From Candidatus Electrothrix sp. GW3-4 (GTDB lineage Bacteria > Desulfobacterota > Desulfobulbia > Desulfobulbales > Desulfobulbaceae): 32,000 bases of DNA. The DNA lies in NCBI RefSeq assembly GCF_037902255.1, contig NZ_CP147990.1, forward strand, positions 3,780,001 through 3,812,000, read 5' to 3'. The position numbers and the translations under genes were made by a program. Shown here piece by piece: positions 1 to 8,380 of this stretch; the stretch's first letter is position 1; each line of letters opens with the position of its first letter. Below the pieces are notes generated by a model, which saw nothing but the letters and a program-made list of their open reading frames with translations, made no database searches and was not told the origin of the DNA.

Positions 1-142
1 TGCTGATCAGGTGGATTTCCGTGGGCACAAAGGCCGGGCTGCTGTCCACGGCCAGTTTGTACAGGGTTTCCGTAAGGATTTGTGGAGTCATGCCGATGAC
101 GGCAAGGAGGATGCGGCGGGGATATTCGTGGGGTTGCGGCAT
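1..142 (-). CDS. First 47 codons of a CRISPR-associated CARF-type protein (Cas_NE0113/TIGR02584-like). The gene runs off the left edge.
   Basis: Too short for the ORF track. The reverse complement of 1-142 reads MPQPHEYPRRILLAVIGMTPQILTETLYKLAVDSSPAFVPTEIHLIS. A GGAG (complement of 151-154) lies 8 nt upstream of the ATG at 142. The ILLxVxGxTPQxxTETLYxL opening matches my recollection of the NE0113 CARF family. Only 47 aa are visible, so the family assignment is tentative. Confidence 0.45.
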   Translation of the reverse strand, partial: MPQPHEYPRRILLAVIGMTPQILTETLYKLAVDSSPAFVPTEIHLIS

Positions 143-244
143 GGTTCGGGCTCCGGGTACGTGGTGAATCGGCGGGTTGCAATTTCGCCGTTATGGTACC
201 CGGTTTAAGCGGGAATTGCCCAGGCCGCAGGGTTGCGGGAAAAA

Positions 245-586
245 TCAGGACTCCTCGTTTAACAGTTCCAGACAGGATGATCTCAGCGGTCGGAGTTTGC
301 TTTGCACAATATCCCACACCATAGGGATACTCACACCGAAGTATTCATGAATGAGAATATTGCGCAAGCCGATAATTTTTCGCCACTCCACCTCGGGAGC
401 CTTTTCCCGGACAGAGACAGGTATCTTTCCGGCCGCTTCGCCGATTATTTCAAGATTCCGAATAACAGCGTCCTGTTTTTCTTCATTACTCAGAAAAAGT
501 TCCTGATTCTGACGATGGGTATACCTCTCTATTTTTTCGACAGCAGCGATAATGTCTTCAATATAGATTTTCCAGTCTCTATACAT
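245..586 (-). CDS. hepT: HepT (DUF86) HEPN-domain RNase toxin
   Basis: 113-aa [11 protein letters not shown] matches the Rx4HxY HEPN motif. It overlaps the upstream mntA-like gene by 8 nt. Confidence 0.85.
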   Translation of the reverse strand: MYRDWKIYIEDIIAAVEKIERYTHRQNQELFLSNEEKQDAVIRNLEIIGEAAGKIPVSVREKAPEVEWRKIIGLRNILIHEYFGVSIPMVWDIVQSKLRPLRSSCLELLNEES

Positions 587-866
587 ACAGGGTTTCCTGT
601 TGAATCATCTTTTTCAGTCGTTTTTTTACGGTCTGCTCCATAACGAGATCAACCGGTCTCCCGAAGAGGTCTTCCAGATAAAATTTCAGTTCCATATAAT
701 GGTCAAAGGTCGGTTCCGAAAAAGTGACCAGGATATCTATATCGCTTTTGCTGTGTATGTCATCGCGGGCATACGAGCCGAACAGGCCGATGCTGTTTAC
801 TGAAAAACACCGCTCAATATGCTCTTTTTCATCTTTTAGCGTCGCCAAAATACTATTTTTTCTCAT
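579..866 (-). CDS. mntA: MntA minimal nucleotidyltransferase antitoxin
   Basis: 95-aa [18 protein letters not shown] matches the GSx10DxD nucleotidyltransferase motif. It sits upstream of hepT and overlaps it. Confidence 0.85.
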   Translation of the reverse strand: MRKNSILATLKDEKEHIERCFSVNSIGLFGSYARDDIHSKSDIDILVTFSEPTFDHYMELKFYLEDLFGRPVDLVMEQTVKKRLKKMIQQETLYV

Positions 867-1231
867 AGGATCCCCGTGAAATAATCACAGTCCGCCGAAT
901 GGGCAGTACATGGTATGTACCATATTGTACCGATTTCAGTTGCGTTTGACAACTACGGAAAAAACGGTATTTTTACTGGTGTCCAAGCTTTGCTTGGGCA
1001 TCCTGAATACAGCAGTTCGGGCTTCGGAACATGAAGCGGAGCTTCAGAAAAAGCAGTTCCCAAGCCGGAGCTTGGGAACCAGAGAAAACCTTGATGCCCA
1101 CCGTAAAACGATGGGCTATTTTCGACCGGCCCCTCTGGGGCGGCGGGAAAACAGCGTCCCGGAGGGACTGCCGAAAATAGCCCGGTCTTTCAAGGCCGGG
1201 ACTGTACAACGCGACCTGCAAGGGAGTTACC

Positions 1232-2170
1232 TCACCTTTCCAATAACTGATACCGCCCAAACCCCTTACTGGCCTGCTTACCGATATGCAGCCGCTGCCC
1301 GAGCAAAAGAAAAGGCCAGAACAACTCCGGCTCCGCAGGCGCAAAATCCACTGTCCCGAGAAAGCCCCTGAACTCGACCACCCTGCCCTGTCGCGCTGAC
1401 CAACAGGTGCTTGTGTGCGGGCGCAGGTCAATACTGATAAGCTCGGACTGGGCTGCCCGTTCCTTGAGGGCCCGGAAGTCGGCCTCCAGGGGACAGCCCA
1501 TATAAAAATACTGGAGCAGAGAGACGCGCCGGATCACGGCCATGAGCAGGCGGCTGATCTCAAGGGTGTCCGGGCGAAAGGCCTTATCCGAGGGCAGATA
1601 GGGGGTGAGGAATTGGAGGCGCACAGCAGCAGGCGCAGGCGGCATCGGCATTGGCTCCATAATACTCTCCCGAACCTCACCCTGCTGTTCCCAAATCAGC
1701 CGTTGACCACTGGGCAGTATCTGACTGACCTGAACCAGTTCAGCCTTTGCCCTGTCCGATCCAAAGCCCAGCTGCCCGGATTTTGCCATGGCCCGGACCA
1801 CCGCAGGCAGGCGTTTGCAGGCCGCCCCGGCCAGCACCAGGCCGTGGCTGAATTGCCCACCCGGCGAAATATTCGCCGCACCGCATTGCTCACTATGAAA
1901 GATATGGGGCAGGGGAACGGTGCCCACCTTGCGCATCATTTCTGCCTCGGGCGGTCTGGGGCCTTTGATAAAAAAGGCGAAATCGCATTGATGACGGAGC
2001 ATGCAGTCGCTACAGTCGGCATTCGGGGCGATGCAGCTCTGCTGATGCAGGGCCAACCCGAACACACTGCGCCGGAGTGGATCGGAAAATTCCGGCAGGG
2101 TCAGGCGGTCACGGGCCGTAAAGGTGAAGCGATATTCAGCAAGGAGGAGTTCCGGGGTGCAGTTGCGCAT
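1232..2170 (-). CDS. cas6: Cas6-family pre-crRNA endoribonuclease, paralogue 1 (large variant with a Cys-rich motif)
   Basis: From ORF 1232-2266. The C-terminal glycine-rich loop HIGKQASKGFGRY is typical of Cas6 RAMP proteins. It is about 85% aa identical to the ORF at 10274-11221. I set the start at ATG 2170 (MRNCTPELLLAEYRF) because it aligns with the RBS-preceded start of the paralogue. In-frame ATGs at 2233 and 2266 cannot be excluded. Confidence 0.8.
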   Translation of the reverse strand: MRNCTPELLLAEYRFTFTARDRLTLPEFSDPLRRSVFGLALHQQSCIAPNADCSDCMLRHQCDFAFFIKGPRPPEAEMMRKVGTVPLPHIFHSEQCGAANISPGGQFSHGLVLAGAACKRLPAVVRAMAKSGQLGFGSDRAKAELVQVSQILPSGQRLIWEQQGEVRESIMEPMPMPPAPAAVRLQFLTPYLPSDKAFRPDTLEISRLLMAVIRRVSLLQYFYMGCPLEADFRALKERAAQSELISIDLRPHTSTCWSARQGRVVEFRGFLGTVDFAPAEPELFWPFLLLGQRLHIGKQASKGFGRYQLLER

Positions 2171-2294
2171 AACGTTTTTTTCTTTGCGGCGGAAGGAAAA
2201 AGAGACAACCACCTGATTCGTCCACACATTCATGGCAGCATATCGAAGAACATAGCAAACCGCCACCCCCTTGTCAACGCAGCTTTTTTAGGGA

Positions 2295-2322
2295 TTGACA
2301 TCTTTCTTTATAGTGGTAATTT
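2295..2322 (+). promoter_or_regulatory. Candidate sigma70-type promoter for the cmr operon
   Basis: TTGACA (2295-2300), a 16-nt spacer, then TAATTT (2317-2322). It lies about 55 nt upstream of the cmr1 ATG, in the divergent cas6/cmr1 intergenic region. This is a pattern match only. Confidence 0.3.
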
Positions 2323-2377
2323 GAGAAAATTCATAAGGATATTGACAGGGCATCCTTCATCTTCAAGGAGCAGGATT

Positions 2378-3703
2378 ATGAGATTGCGTGTACCCGACAA
2401 GAACCCGGACGAAGCACAAGGCATACTGGACAGCCTGAAAGCCGGGGATAAAGAGCGGAAAAAGGAGAAATGGCTGAGCTACAAGATTGAGGTCATCACC
2501 CCGATCTTTGGTGGTGGGGTAGAGGCTGGAAAACCGGATACGAAGATGCCGGTGCGGGCTTCGGCTATCCGAGGCCAGCTGCGGTATTGGTGGAGGTTTT
2601 TGGCGACCAATCGTCGCATTGATCCTCTTTCTGGTGAAGACTTGTTCAAGGCTGAACGGGATATTTGGGGTGGGATGGCTGAGCCGGGGGAGGATTTTAG
2701 CAGCAAGGTGAGGATCAGGGTTGAAAACGTCACCTCTCATATTACCCCTCAACCGTACAATGAAGGAGGGGCACCTTATGCGTTGTTTCCAGCTCGTGAA
2801 CAAAAAAAAACGCATGATCCTGCCAAAAAATTAATCTGGCCCAAGGTGACCTTTGACCTGAAGGTACGTGTCTTGAAAGACAAGGTACCCAAAGAAGAAG
2901 ATCGAGAAAACATCAAACGCGCACTGCGCTGGTGGGCAACGTTCGGCGGCATAGGAGCGCGTACTCGTCGGGGATGCGGAAGTCTCTATTGCGCTGTTCT
3001 TTCTTTTTCCAGAGAAGAAGCTGAAGAAGAAGCAGACAAAACAGGATGTGAATTGGTTATCCCCCAAGGAACTGAATATGCTTTTGAAAAAGCCACCGAT
3101 GCTTGGAAACGCTCGATAATAATTCTACAGCAATTTCGTCAATTATTTAACGAGACAGGAAAATGGATCGGCGTAGGCAGAAGAATAAACGAGCAAAACA
3201 GGAAACAACCCGGAACCAGCCGCTGGCCTGAGGCAAATGCAATACGTGAAACAACAGGAAAGTCGTCAGATAAACATAGACCTCGTTCCACTCCTCCAAT
3301 ACTTTTCCCGCGTGCCATGTTCGGAATGCCACTCGGGTTTGCGTTTCTCAGCCGAAGTGACCGGGGAAAACCACCGGAAACGGAATTACTCCCGGTAAAA
3401 GGTGATCATGTTTTTGATCGTCTCGCTAGTCCTCTTATCCTCAAACCGATAGTATCTGGTGGCAGATTTAAACCAGCAGCTCTCCTGATGCCATGTTCCC
3501 ATATTAAGGAGTTAGGTTTGAAGTTACGTTACAAAAAACAACTTATCGAAAAACAAGAGAAAAAAACGGCATCTAAACGAACATTTGGGCGTGGGATATG
3601 GTGGGATGAAAGCAAAGCAACACTCGTTGATCCAATCAAGGACTACGGCGGCACTGACGCCCTCACCGCCTTCATGAACTTCTTTGCCAGGGGAGGAAGA
3701 TAA
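2378..3703 (+). CDS. cmr1: Cmr1 (type III-B RAMP subunit)
   Basis: This is the internal part of track ORF 1415-3703. ATG 2378 is preceded by AGGAG (2366-2370). ITPIFGGG and IRGQLRYWWR are RAMP motifs. The stop overlaps the cas10 start (TAATG). The upstream part of the long ORF is antisense to cas6. Confidence 0.9.
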   Translation: MRLRVPDKNPDEAQGILDSLKAGDKERKKEKWLSYKIEVITPIFGGGVEAGKPDTKMPVRASAIRGQLRYWWRFLATNRRIDPLSGEDLFKAERDIWGGMAEPGEDFSSKVRIRVENVTSHITPQPYNEGGAPYALFPAREQKKTHDPAKKLIWPKVTFDLKVRVLKDKVPKEEDRENIKRALRWWATFGGIGARTRRGCGSLYCAVLSFSREEAEEEADKTGCELVIPQGTEYAFEKATDAWKRSIIILQQFRQLFNETGKWIGVGRRINEQNRKQPGTSRWPEANAIRETTGKSSDKHRPRSTPPILFPRAMFGMPLGFAFLSRSDRGKPPETELLPVKGDHVFDRLASPLILKPIVSGGRFKPAALLMPCSHIKELGLKLRYKKQLIEKQEKKTASKRTFGRGIWWDESKATLVDPIKDYGGTDALTAFMNFFARGGR

Positions 3704-5613
3704 TGAACGATCAGGAAACCTGGCTCATCAGCCTCTCCATCGGCCCGGTTCAGGACTTCATCTCCGCTGCCCTCCGTACTCGTGACCTCTGGTTCGGCTC
3801 TTACATGCTTTCGGAAGTGAGCAAGGCCGCTGCCATCACCATAAAAAAATACAGCCCGGATGCCATTGATCTCATTTTTCCAGCCGCAGAAAACAGCGAC
3901 GAACTCAAACCAGATGAAGTCAATGTCGCTAACCGGATTGTGGCTGAAGTACAGGGAGGCGAAGAAGCGGTGAAGGGAGTCATCAACGCAGGGAAAGACG
4001 CTGCAAAGCAGAAACTCACCGACCTGATTGAGCAGGCCAAGAGCAAGGCGCCAATTTCTTTACGTGACGATATTTGGGAGATACAGGCCAAACCTGAAGA
4101 CCTCCTTGAACTCTACGGTACAGCCGTACAGATCAGCGACAAGGGCTACCCGGAGGCCTGGAAACGCCTAAGCCAACTGAACTCGGCACGAAAAAACAGC
4201 CGGAATTTCAGTCAATCTGCGGAGAAACCCAATGATAAGCCTTTTTACGGCCTGCCCAAATCTTCCCTGGACGGACGGCGGGAAACGGTTCTGGAAAAAA
4301 TAGACGACAAGGAAAAAGATAAACGCATTCGGCGCAGGCTGCGCATGGGTAAAGGAGAGCAGCTGGATGCGATGGGGCTGGTTAAGCGACTAGCTGGCAA
4401 AAACCCAGATCAGTTCACCCCCACCACCCGCATCGCTATTGATCCGTGGATACGGAAGATCAAGGAGGCTGAAAATGGACAGCTTGATCTGGAAAAAATC
4501 CAGGCTAAGCTAAAAACTCATGCAGATGCATTGTTACGTGCTGGCTTGATGACCCATGTGAAAGGCAATAAACGGAAAGACGAACTGGAGGGAATATATC
4601 AAGATGTACCCTTTGATGCGGGCTTGCTGTACCAAGGTGTACTTGATGAAGCCATCCGGAAAAGTAGGGAGGAAAAAAACTCCAACGAACTGGAAATTCT
4701 GAAAAAACTGCGCAATAAATTGGTTTCTATCTGGAAAAATCACGGTAAACCCTGCCCGTACTACGCCATGCTGCTTGCTGACGGCGACAACATGGGACGC
4801 CTGATTAAAGCTGCTCAAAGCGACACGCATCATAAAAAAATTTCGGAATGCCTGTCCGCCTTTGCTCAAGGCGTACCGGCTACCGCAAGAGATCATCAGG
4901 CCCACTGCATCTACGCTGGTGGCGATGATGTCCTGCTCATGGCACCACTGGATAAGGTGCTTGAACTTGCCGACGAGTTACGCAAAGCCTTTACGACAAC
5001 ATTACAAAGCATTGCCGCTGAGTTAAAAAAAGATGCCCCCACCTTCAGCGTCGGCATCGTCATCGCCCATATGCAGACACCCATTGGTCGGGTGCGCAGA
5101 CTGGTTAAGCGGGCAGAGGCTTTGGCAAAAGGTTCAGACACAGATAATCCCCGCAATGCCCTGGCAATCATCGTTGCCCCCCGTTCCGGGGCAGACATGA
5201 GTTTCCGGGCCAAATGGGAAAGAGACCCGGCCCAAAAACAAGATGGTGATGAACTGAACGAGCAGAAAAGTCCGGTAGAAGAGCTAAATGAACTTGCCAA
5301 ACTGTATCGGGATGACAAACTGCCCTCCGGCTTTGGTTATGAACTGCGCCAGATCAACCAGCTGGTGCATGATATGAAGGACCAAGAAAAAGCAGGAGAG
5401 ATTGCCGAGCTGGAAATGCGACGTATCCTTAACCGTAAAAACCAGGGCGGAGGCGGGGAAAAGGTAACTGATGGCACCATAAAAGACGTCATTGCCCATG
5501 CTGAACAAAAAATGAGCGTCAAGGACGACAAAAAGCTTTTTGACTTTGAGGCTGTTTGCAATGAACACCTGATCGCCCGCTGGCTGGGCGCACACGGGGA
5601 GGAACGAGGATGA
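3703..5613 (+). CDS. cas10: Cas10/Cmr2 large subunit, HD-less, with an intact GGDD cyclase palm
   Basis: 636 aa. It opens directly with SIGPVQDFI..RDLWFGSYMLS. It contains LLADGDNMG and CIYAGGDDVLLMAP. No HD-type N-terminal domain is present. Confidence 0.95.
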   Translation: MNDQETWLISLSIGPVQDFISAALRTRDLWFGSYMLSEVSKAAAITIKKYSPDAIDLIFPAAENSDELKPDEVNVANRIVAEVQGGEEAVKGVINAGKDAAKQKLTDLIEQAKSKAPISLRDDIWEIQAKPEDLLELYGTAVQISDKGYPEAWKRLSQLNSARKNSRNFSQSAEKPNDKPFYGLPKSSLDGRRETVLEKIDDKEKDKRIRRRLRMGKGEQLDAMGLVKRLAGKNPDQFTPTTRIAIDPWIRKIKEAENGQLDLEKIQAKLKTHADALLRAGLMTHVKGNKRKDELEGIYQDVPFDAGLLYQGVLDEAIRKSREEKNSNELEILKKLRNKLVSIWKNHGKPCPYYAMLLADGDNMGRLIKAAQSDTHHKKISECLSAFAQGVPATARDHQAHCIYAGGDDVLLMAPLDKVLELADELRKAFTTTLQSIAAELKKDAPTFSVGIVIAHMQTPIGRVRRLVKRAEALAKGSDTDNPRNALAIIVAPRSGADMSFRAKWERDPAQKQDGDELNEQKSPVEELNELAKLYRDDKLPSGFGYELRQINQLVHDMKDQEKAGEIAELEMRRILNRKNQGGGGEKVTDGTIKDVIAHAEQKMSVKDDKKLFDFEAVCNEHLIARWLGAHGEERG

Positions 5614-6914
5614 GTGATAAAACCAACAACAGCCCCGCCTATCTTTTTGAACCAAAATCCCCTTTGGTCTTTCGTACAGGCAGACCCTTTGATCAGGCCG
5701 GTGACCCGGTTTCTTTGGACTTTCCCCTGCCCTCGACCCTTGCCGGGGCCTGTCGGACTGCAATCGGTGACGTAAAGAATCAACTTGAGGAGGGCGGGTT
5801 CAATTTCACCCAAAGAGGGGCTGAGCTGAAGGGGATTCCCGTGCATGGGCCACTGGCCGCCCTGATCACCGAAGAGGGAGCGGAGCCGCTTTTCCCGAAA
5901 CCGGCAGATGCCGTGTATATGCGAAAAGAAAGCAAGAAGGAAGATCCAGAGAGGAACAAGATAGAAACTGAAATCTTGCAATTGATCCCTGAAGATGCCG
6001 GGGCAGATACCTGGTCCGACCTACCCAAAGGATTATTGCCTGTTTATCCAGAAAAGGAACTTGCGGGTAAGCCTTATAAAGACAAAAAAAATGCCCGTTG
6101 GTGGTGCCAAGATCGGCTCACTGATTGGTTACTGAATAACGAAAACCTCAAGAAAATTGCCCCTAAAAATTTAGGCTGGTCAGGCCCGCAAAAAGAACTG
6201 CGCACCCATGTGCAGCTGGAATCAAAAACCTTGGCTGCTGCGCCCAGCCAACTCTTTCAGACCAATAATCTCTCTTTCGCTCCCGGACGATTAAACAAGG
6301 ATGAGAACAGGCACGAGGGCTGGACCGAGGAACAGTACGGTCTGCTGGCCCATCTGCCGAATGATGACCTGAAAGGTACGTCACAGCTTTTCCGCCGTAT
6401 CGGGGGCGAGGGCCGAATTGCGCATATGAAGCAGCATGCTGAAGGTTGGCCGGGAATCCCGGAAGCACTTTCCTCTGAGCTGGGTAAGCTGGAACAGGAC
6501 AAAGAAATCCGAGGTATCCGCCTTGTCTTGGCAACCCCGGCTTTATTCACCTACGGCTGGCGACCGGGCTGGATCGAAGATGATATGACGGGCTGTCCGC
6601 CGGGCTTTTCTAAAGATTCGGAACCCCGTATCCGCCTTCGCCTCCGGGCCTTTGTCACCCCGCGCTGGGAGCCGGTTTCCGGTTGGGATTTGGTGAAAAA
6701 TTCTCAAGATAATACTGAAGATAAACAGGAGAAAAAGGGACCAGGTGCTGCCCGTGCTGTTCGCCGGATGGTGCCTGCCGGTGCTGTGTACTGGTTTGAG
6801 GTCAGAGCAGGTCACGAACATCTCCCTGAACTGTGGCTACAACCTATCAGTGACCTCGAACAAGATCAAAATGACGGCTACGGCTTAGTTCTGCCGGGTA
6901 TCTGGAAAAGATAA
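5610..6914 (+). CDS. cmr3: Cmr3
   Basis: 434 aa. The N-terminal SPLVFRTGRPF motif is present. The start overlaps the cas10 stop (ATGA). It occupies the canonical position between cas10 and cmr4. Confidence 0.9.
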   Translation: MSDKTNNSPAYLFEPKSPLVFRTGRPFDQAGDPVSLDFPLPSTLAGACRTAIGDVKNQLEEGGFNFTQRGAELKGIPVHGPLAALITEEGAEPLFPKPADAVYMRKESKKEDPERNKIETEILQLIPEDAGADTWSDLPKGLLPVYPEKELAGKPYKDKKNARWWCQDRLTDWLLNNENLKKIAPKNLGWSGPQKELRTHVQLESKTLAAAPSQLFQTNNLSFAPGRLNKDENRHEGWTEEQYGLLAHLPNDDLKGTSQLFRRIGGEGRIAHMKQHAEGWPGIPEALSSELGKLEQDKEIRGIRLVLATPALFTYGWRPGWIEDDMTGCPPGFSKDSEPRIRLRLRAFVTPRWEPVSGWDLVKNSQDNTEDKQEKKGPGAARAVRRMVPAGAVYWFEVRAGHEHLPELWLQPISDLEQDQNDGYGLVLPGIWKR

Positions 6915-6937
6915 TAAACCGCACAGGAGAAAATATT

Positions 6938-7930
6938 ATGGAAACGATGTGTTACTATATCCACGCATTAACCGCCCTCCATGCGGGAACAGGCCAGGGT
7001 GTCGGGGTGGTGGACCTGCCCATTGCCCGGGAAAAATCCACTGGCCTGCCCATTGTGCCGGGCAGTGGGATCAAGGGGGTGTTGCGGGAGGAGTTGAATC
7101 CTTCAAATCCCGGAACGGACGACCTCCAACCTTGTAAAGATGAACATGGACAAGATCAATCAGCTGAAGAATGCTGGTTAACTTTGTTCGGGCCGGATGC
7201 CAAGAATGTTGAAACAGGAAAAGAAGGCAGCGGTTTTGCCGGGGCCTTGAATATCCAGGATGCCCAGCTGCTCTGCCTGCCGGTGCGCTCGGTGTACGGG
7301 GTCTTTGCCTGGGTAACCTGCCCGTTTATCCTGCAACGATACAAGCGGGATCTGGAGCAAATTCACTGCTCCTCTCTGCCGGAATTTCCTGCTCTGCCGC
7401 AACAGGAGCGTGGTTCAGAGGAGGCTCCCTTAGTATTGACTGCCCCAGGAAGTGCGCTGGCCCCTTCCGGCAAGGTCTTTCTTGAAGATCTCGACTTTCA
7501 GGTGGCCGATGACAGCGCAGGACAAACGACAGTGGGACAGCTTGCAGAGCGCATTGCTGGCGCTGTCTTTTCAACTGATGCTGATTGGAAGAAATTCTTT
7601 AAAGAACGTTTTCTGATCATCCCGGATAACGTATTCAGCTTTCTGGCTGAAACTGCCACCGAGGTGCGGGCGAGGATCAAGCTGAAAGAAGGCACCCGAA
7701 CAGTGGAAGAGGGGGCCTTGTGGTATGAAGAAAATCTGCCTGCTGAAACCCTGCTCTGGGGCATTATCGGCTGTGACCGTTCCCGCCGGGATAAAGACGG
7801 GCCGAACGCCGACCAGCTTATGCAGCATTTCCGGGATGAGATCGGTATGGAAAAAAGTTTACAAATCGGTGGCAATGCCACGGTCGGGCGGGGCCGGGTG
7901 CGTTGGATTCCCGGACCGGTGGGGGGCTGA
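6938..7930 (+). CDS. cmr4: Cmr4 (backbone RAMP and target-RNA cleaving subunit)
   Basis: 330 aa. ALTALHAGTGQGVGVVDLPIAREKSTGLPIVPGSGIKGVLRE includes the conserved Asp of the DLPI site. The C-terminal glycine loop is GGNATVGRG. AGGAG lies upstream of the ATG. Confidence 0.95.
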   Translation: METMCYYIHALTALHAGTGQGVGVVDLPIAREKSTGLPIVPGSGIKGVLREELNPSNPGTDDLQPCKDEHGQDQSAEECWLTLFGPDAKNVETGKEGSGFAGALNIQDAQLLCLPVRSVYGVFAWVTCPFILQRYKRDLEQIHCSSLPEFPALPQQERGSEEAPLVLTAPGSALAPSGKVFLEDLDFQVADDSAGQTTVGQLAERIAGAVFSTDADWKKFFKERFLIIPDNVFSFLAETATEVRARIKLKEGTRTVEEGALWYEENLPAETLLWGIIGCDRSRRDKDGPNADQLMQHFRDEIGMEKSLQIGGNATVGRGRVRWIPGPVGG

Positions 7931-7933
7931 GCC

Positions 7934-8380
7934 ATGCAGACACGACAGCAAAAGGATTCCCTCCGAGCCTTGGAAGATGTACAGGCAATCAGAGACAGTA
8001 ATGAAGATGACCTGAAGAAAACCTATGCCAGGGCCGTCTACCGCTTTCCCTTTTTGGTTCGGCAGAACGGTCTACAACAAACACTTGGTTTTTATGAGGG
8101 TAAGGCCAAGGATTCGTCCTCGTCAGGAACCGAGGGAGACGTTTCACACGGTAACGCTGAAGAAGAATTTTTAAAACATATTGCTCAGGTGCTGGGTATT
8201 GAAAGAAGTGACTTAATTTCTACGATCTCAGGGGCTGATGTAGAAAAATACATGTATCTATCCCGCCGCTGCCTTGAGGTTGCACTTTGGTATCGACGAT
8301 TTACAGCGAGTGTTCTTGGCGTTGATATTACGGGAAATCCAACTGAAGAGCAGGTGACAGCCGAGGGAGGCAAAGAATAA
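7934..8380 (+). CDS. cmr5: Cmr5 (small subunit)
   Basis: 148 aa, located between cmr4 and cmr6. Contains FPFLVRQNGLQQTLGF. The stop overlaps the cmr6 start (TAATG). Confidence 0.85.
   Translation: MQTRQQKDSLRALEDVQAIRDSNEDDLKKTYARAVYRFPFLVRQNGLQQTLGFYEGKAKDSSSSGTEGDVSHGNAEEEFLKHIAQVLGIERSDLISTISGADVEKYMYLSRRCLEVALWYRRFTASVLGVDITGNPTEEQVTAEGGKE

Noticed and set aside
910-1431. Overlapping ORFs 910-1371 (+) and 973-1431 (-)
   Set aside because: They mutually overlap on opposite strands and have low-complexity composition. They span a hairpin-rich intergenic region and the cas6-1 3' end. No RBS or recognisable motif is present.
1415-2377. The N-terminal 321 codons of the 762-aa ORF 1415-3703
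   Set aside because: This part lies antisense to the well-supported cas6-1 gene and is Arg/Gly/His-rich shadow sequence. The Cmr1 motifs begin only after ATG 2378, which has its own AGGAG.
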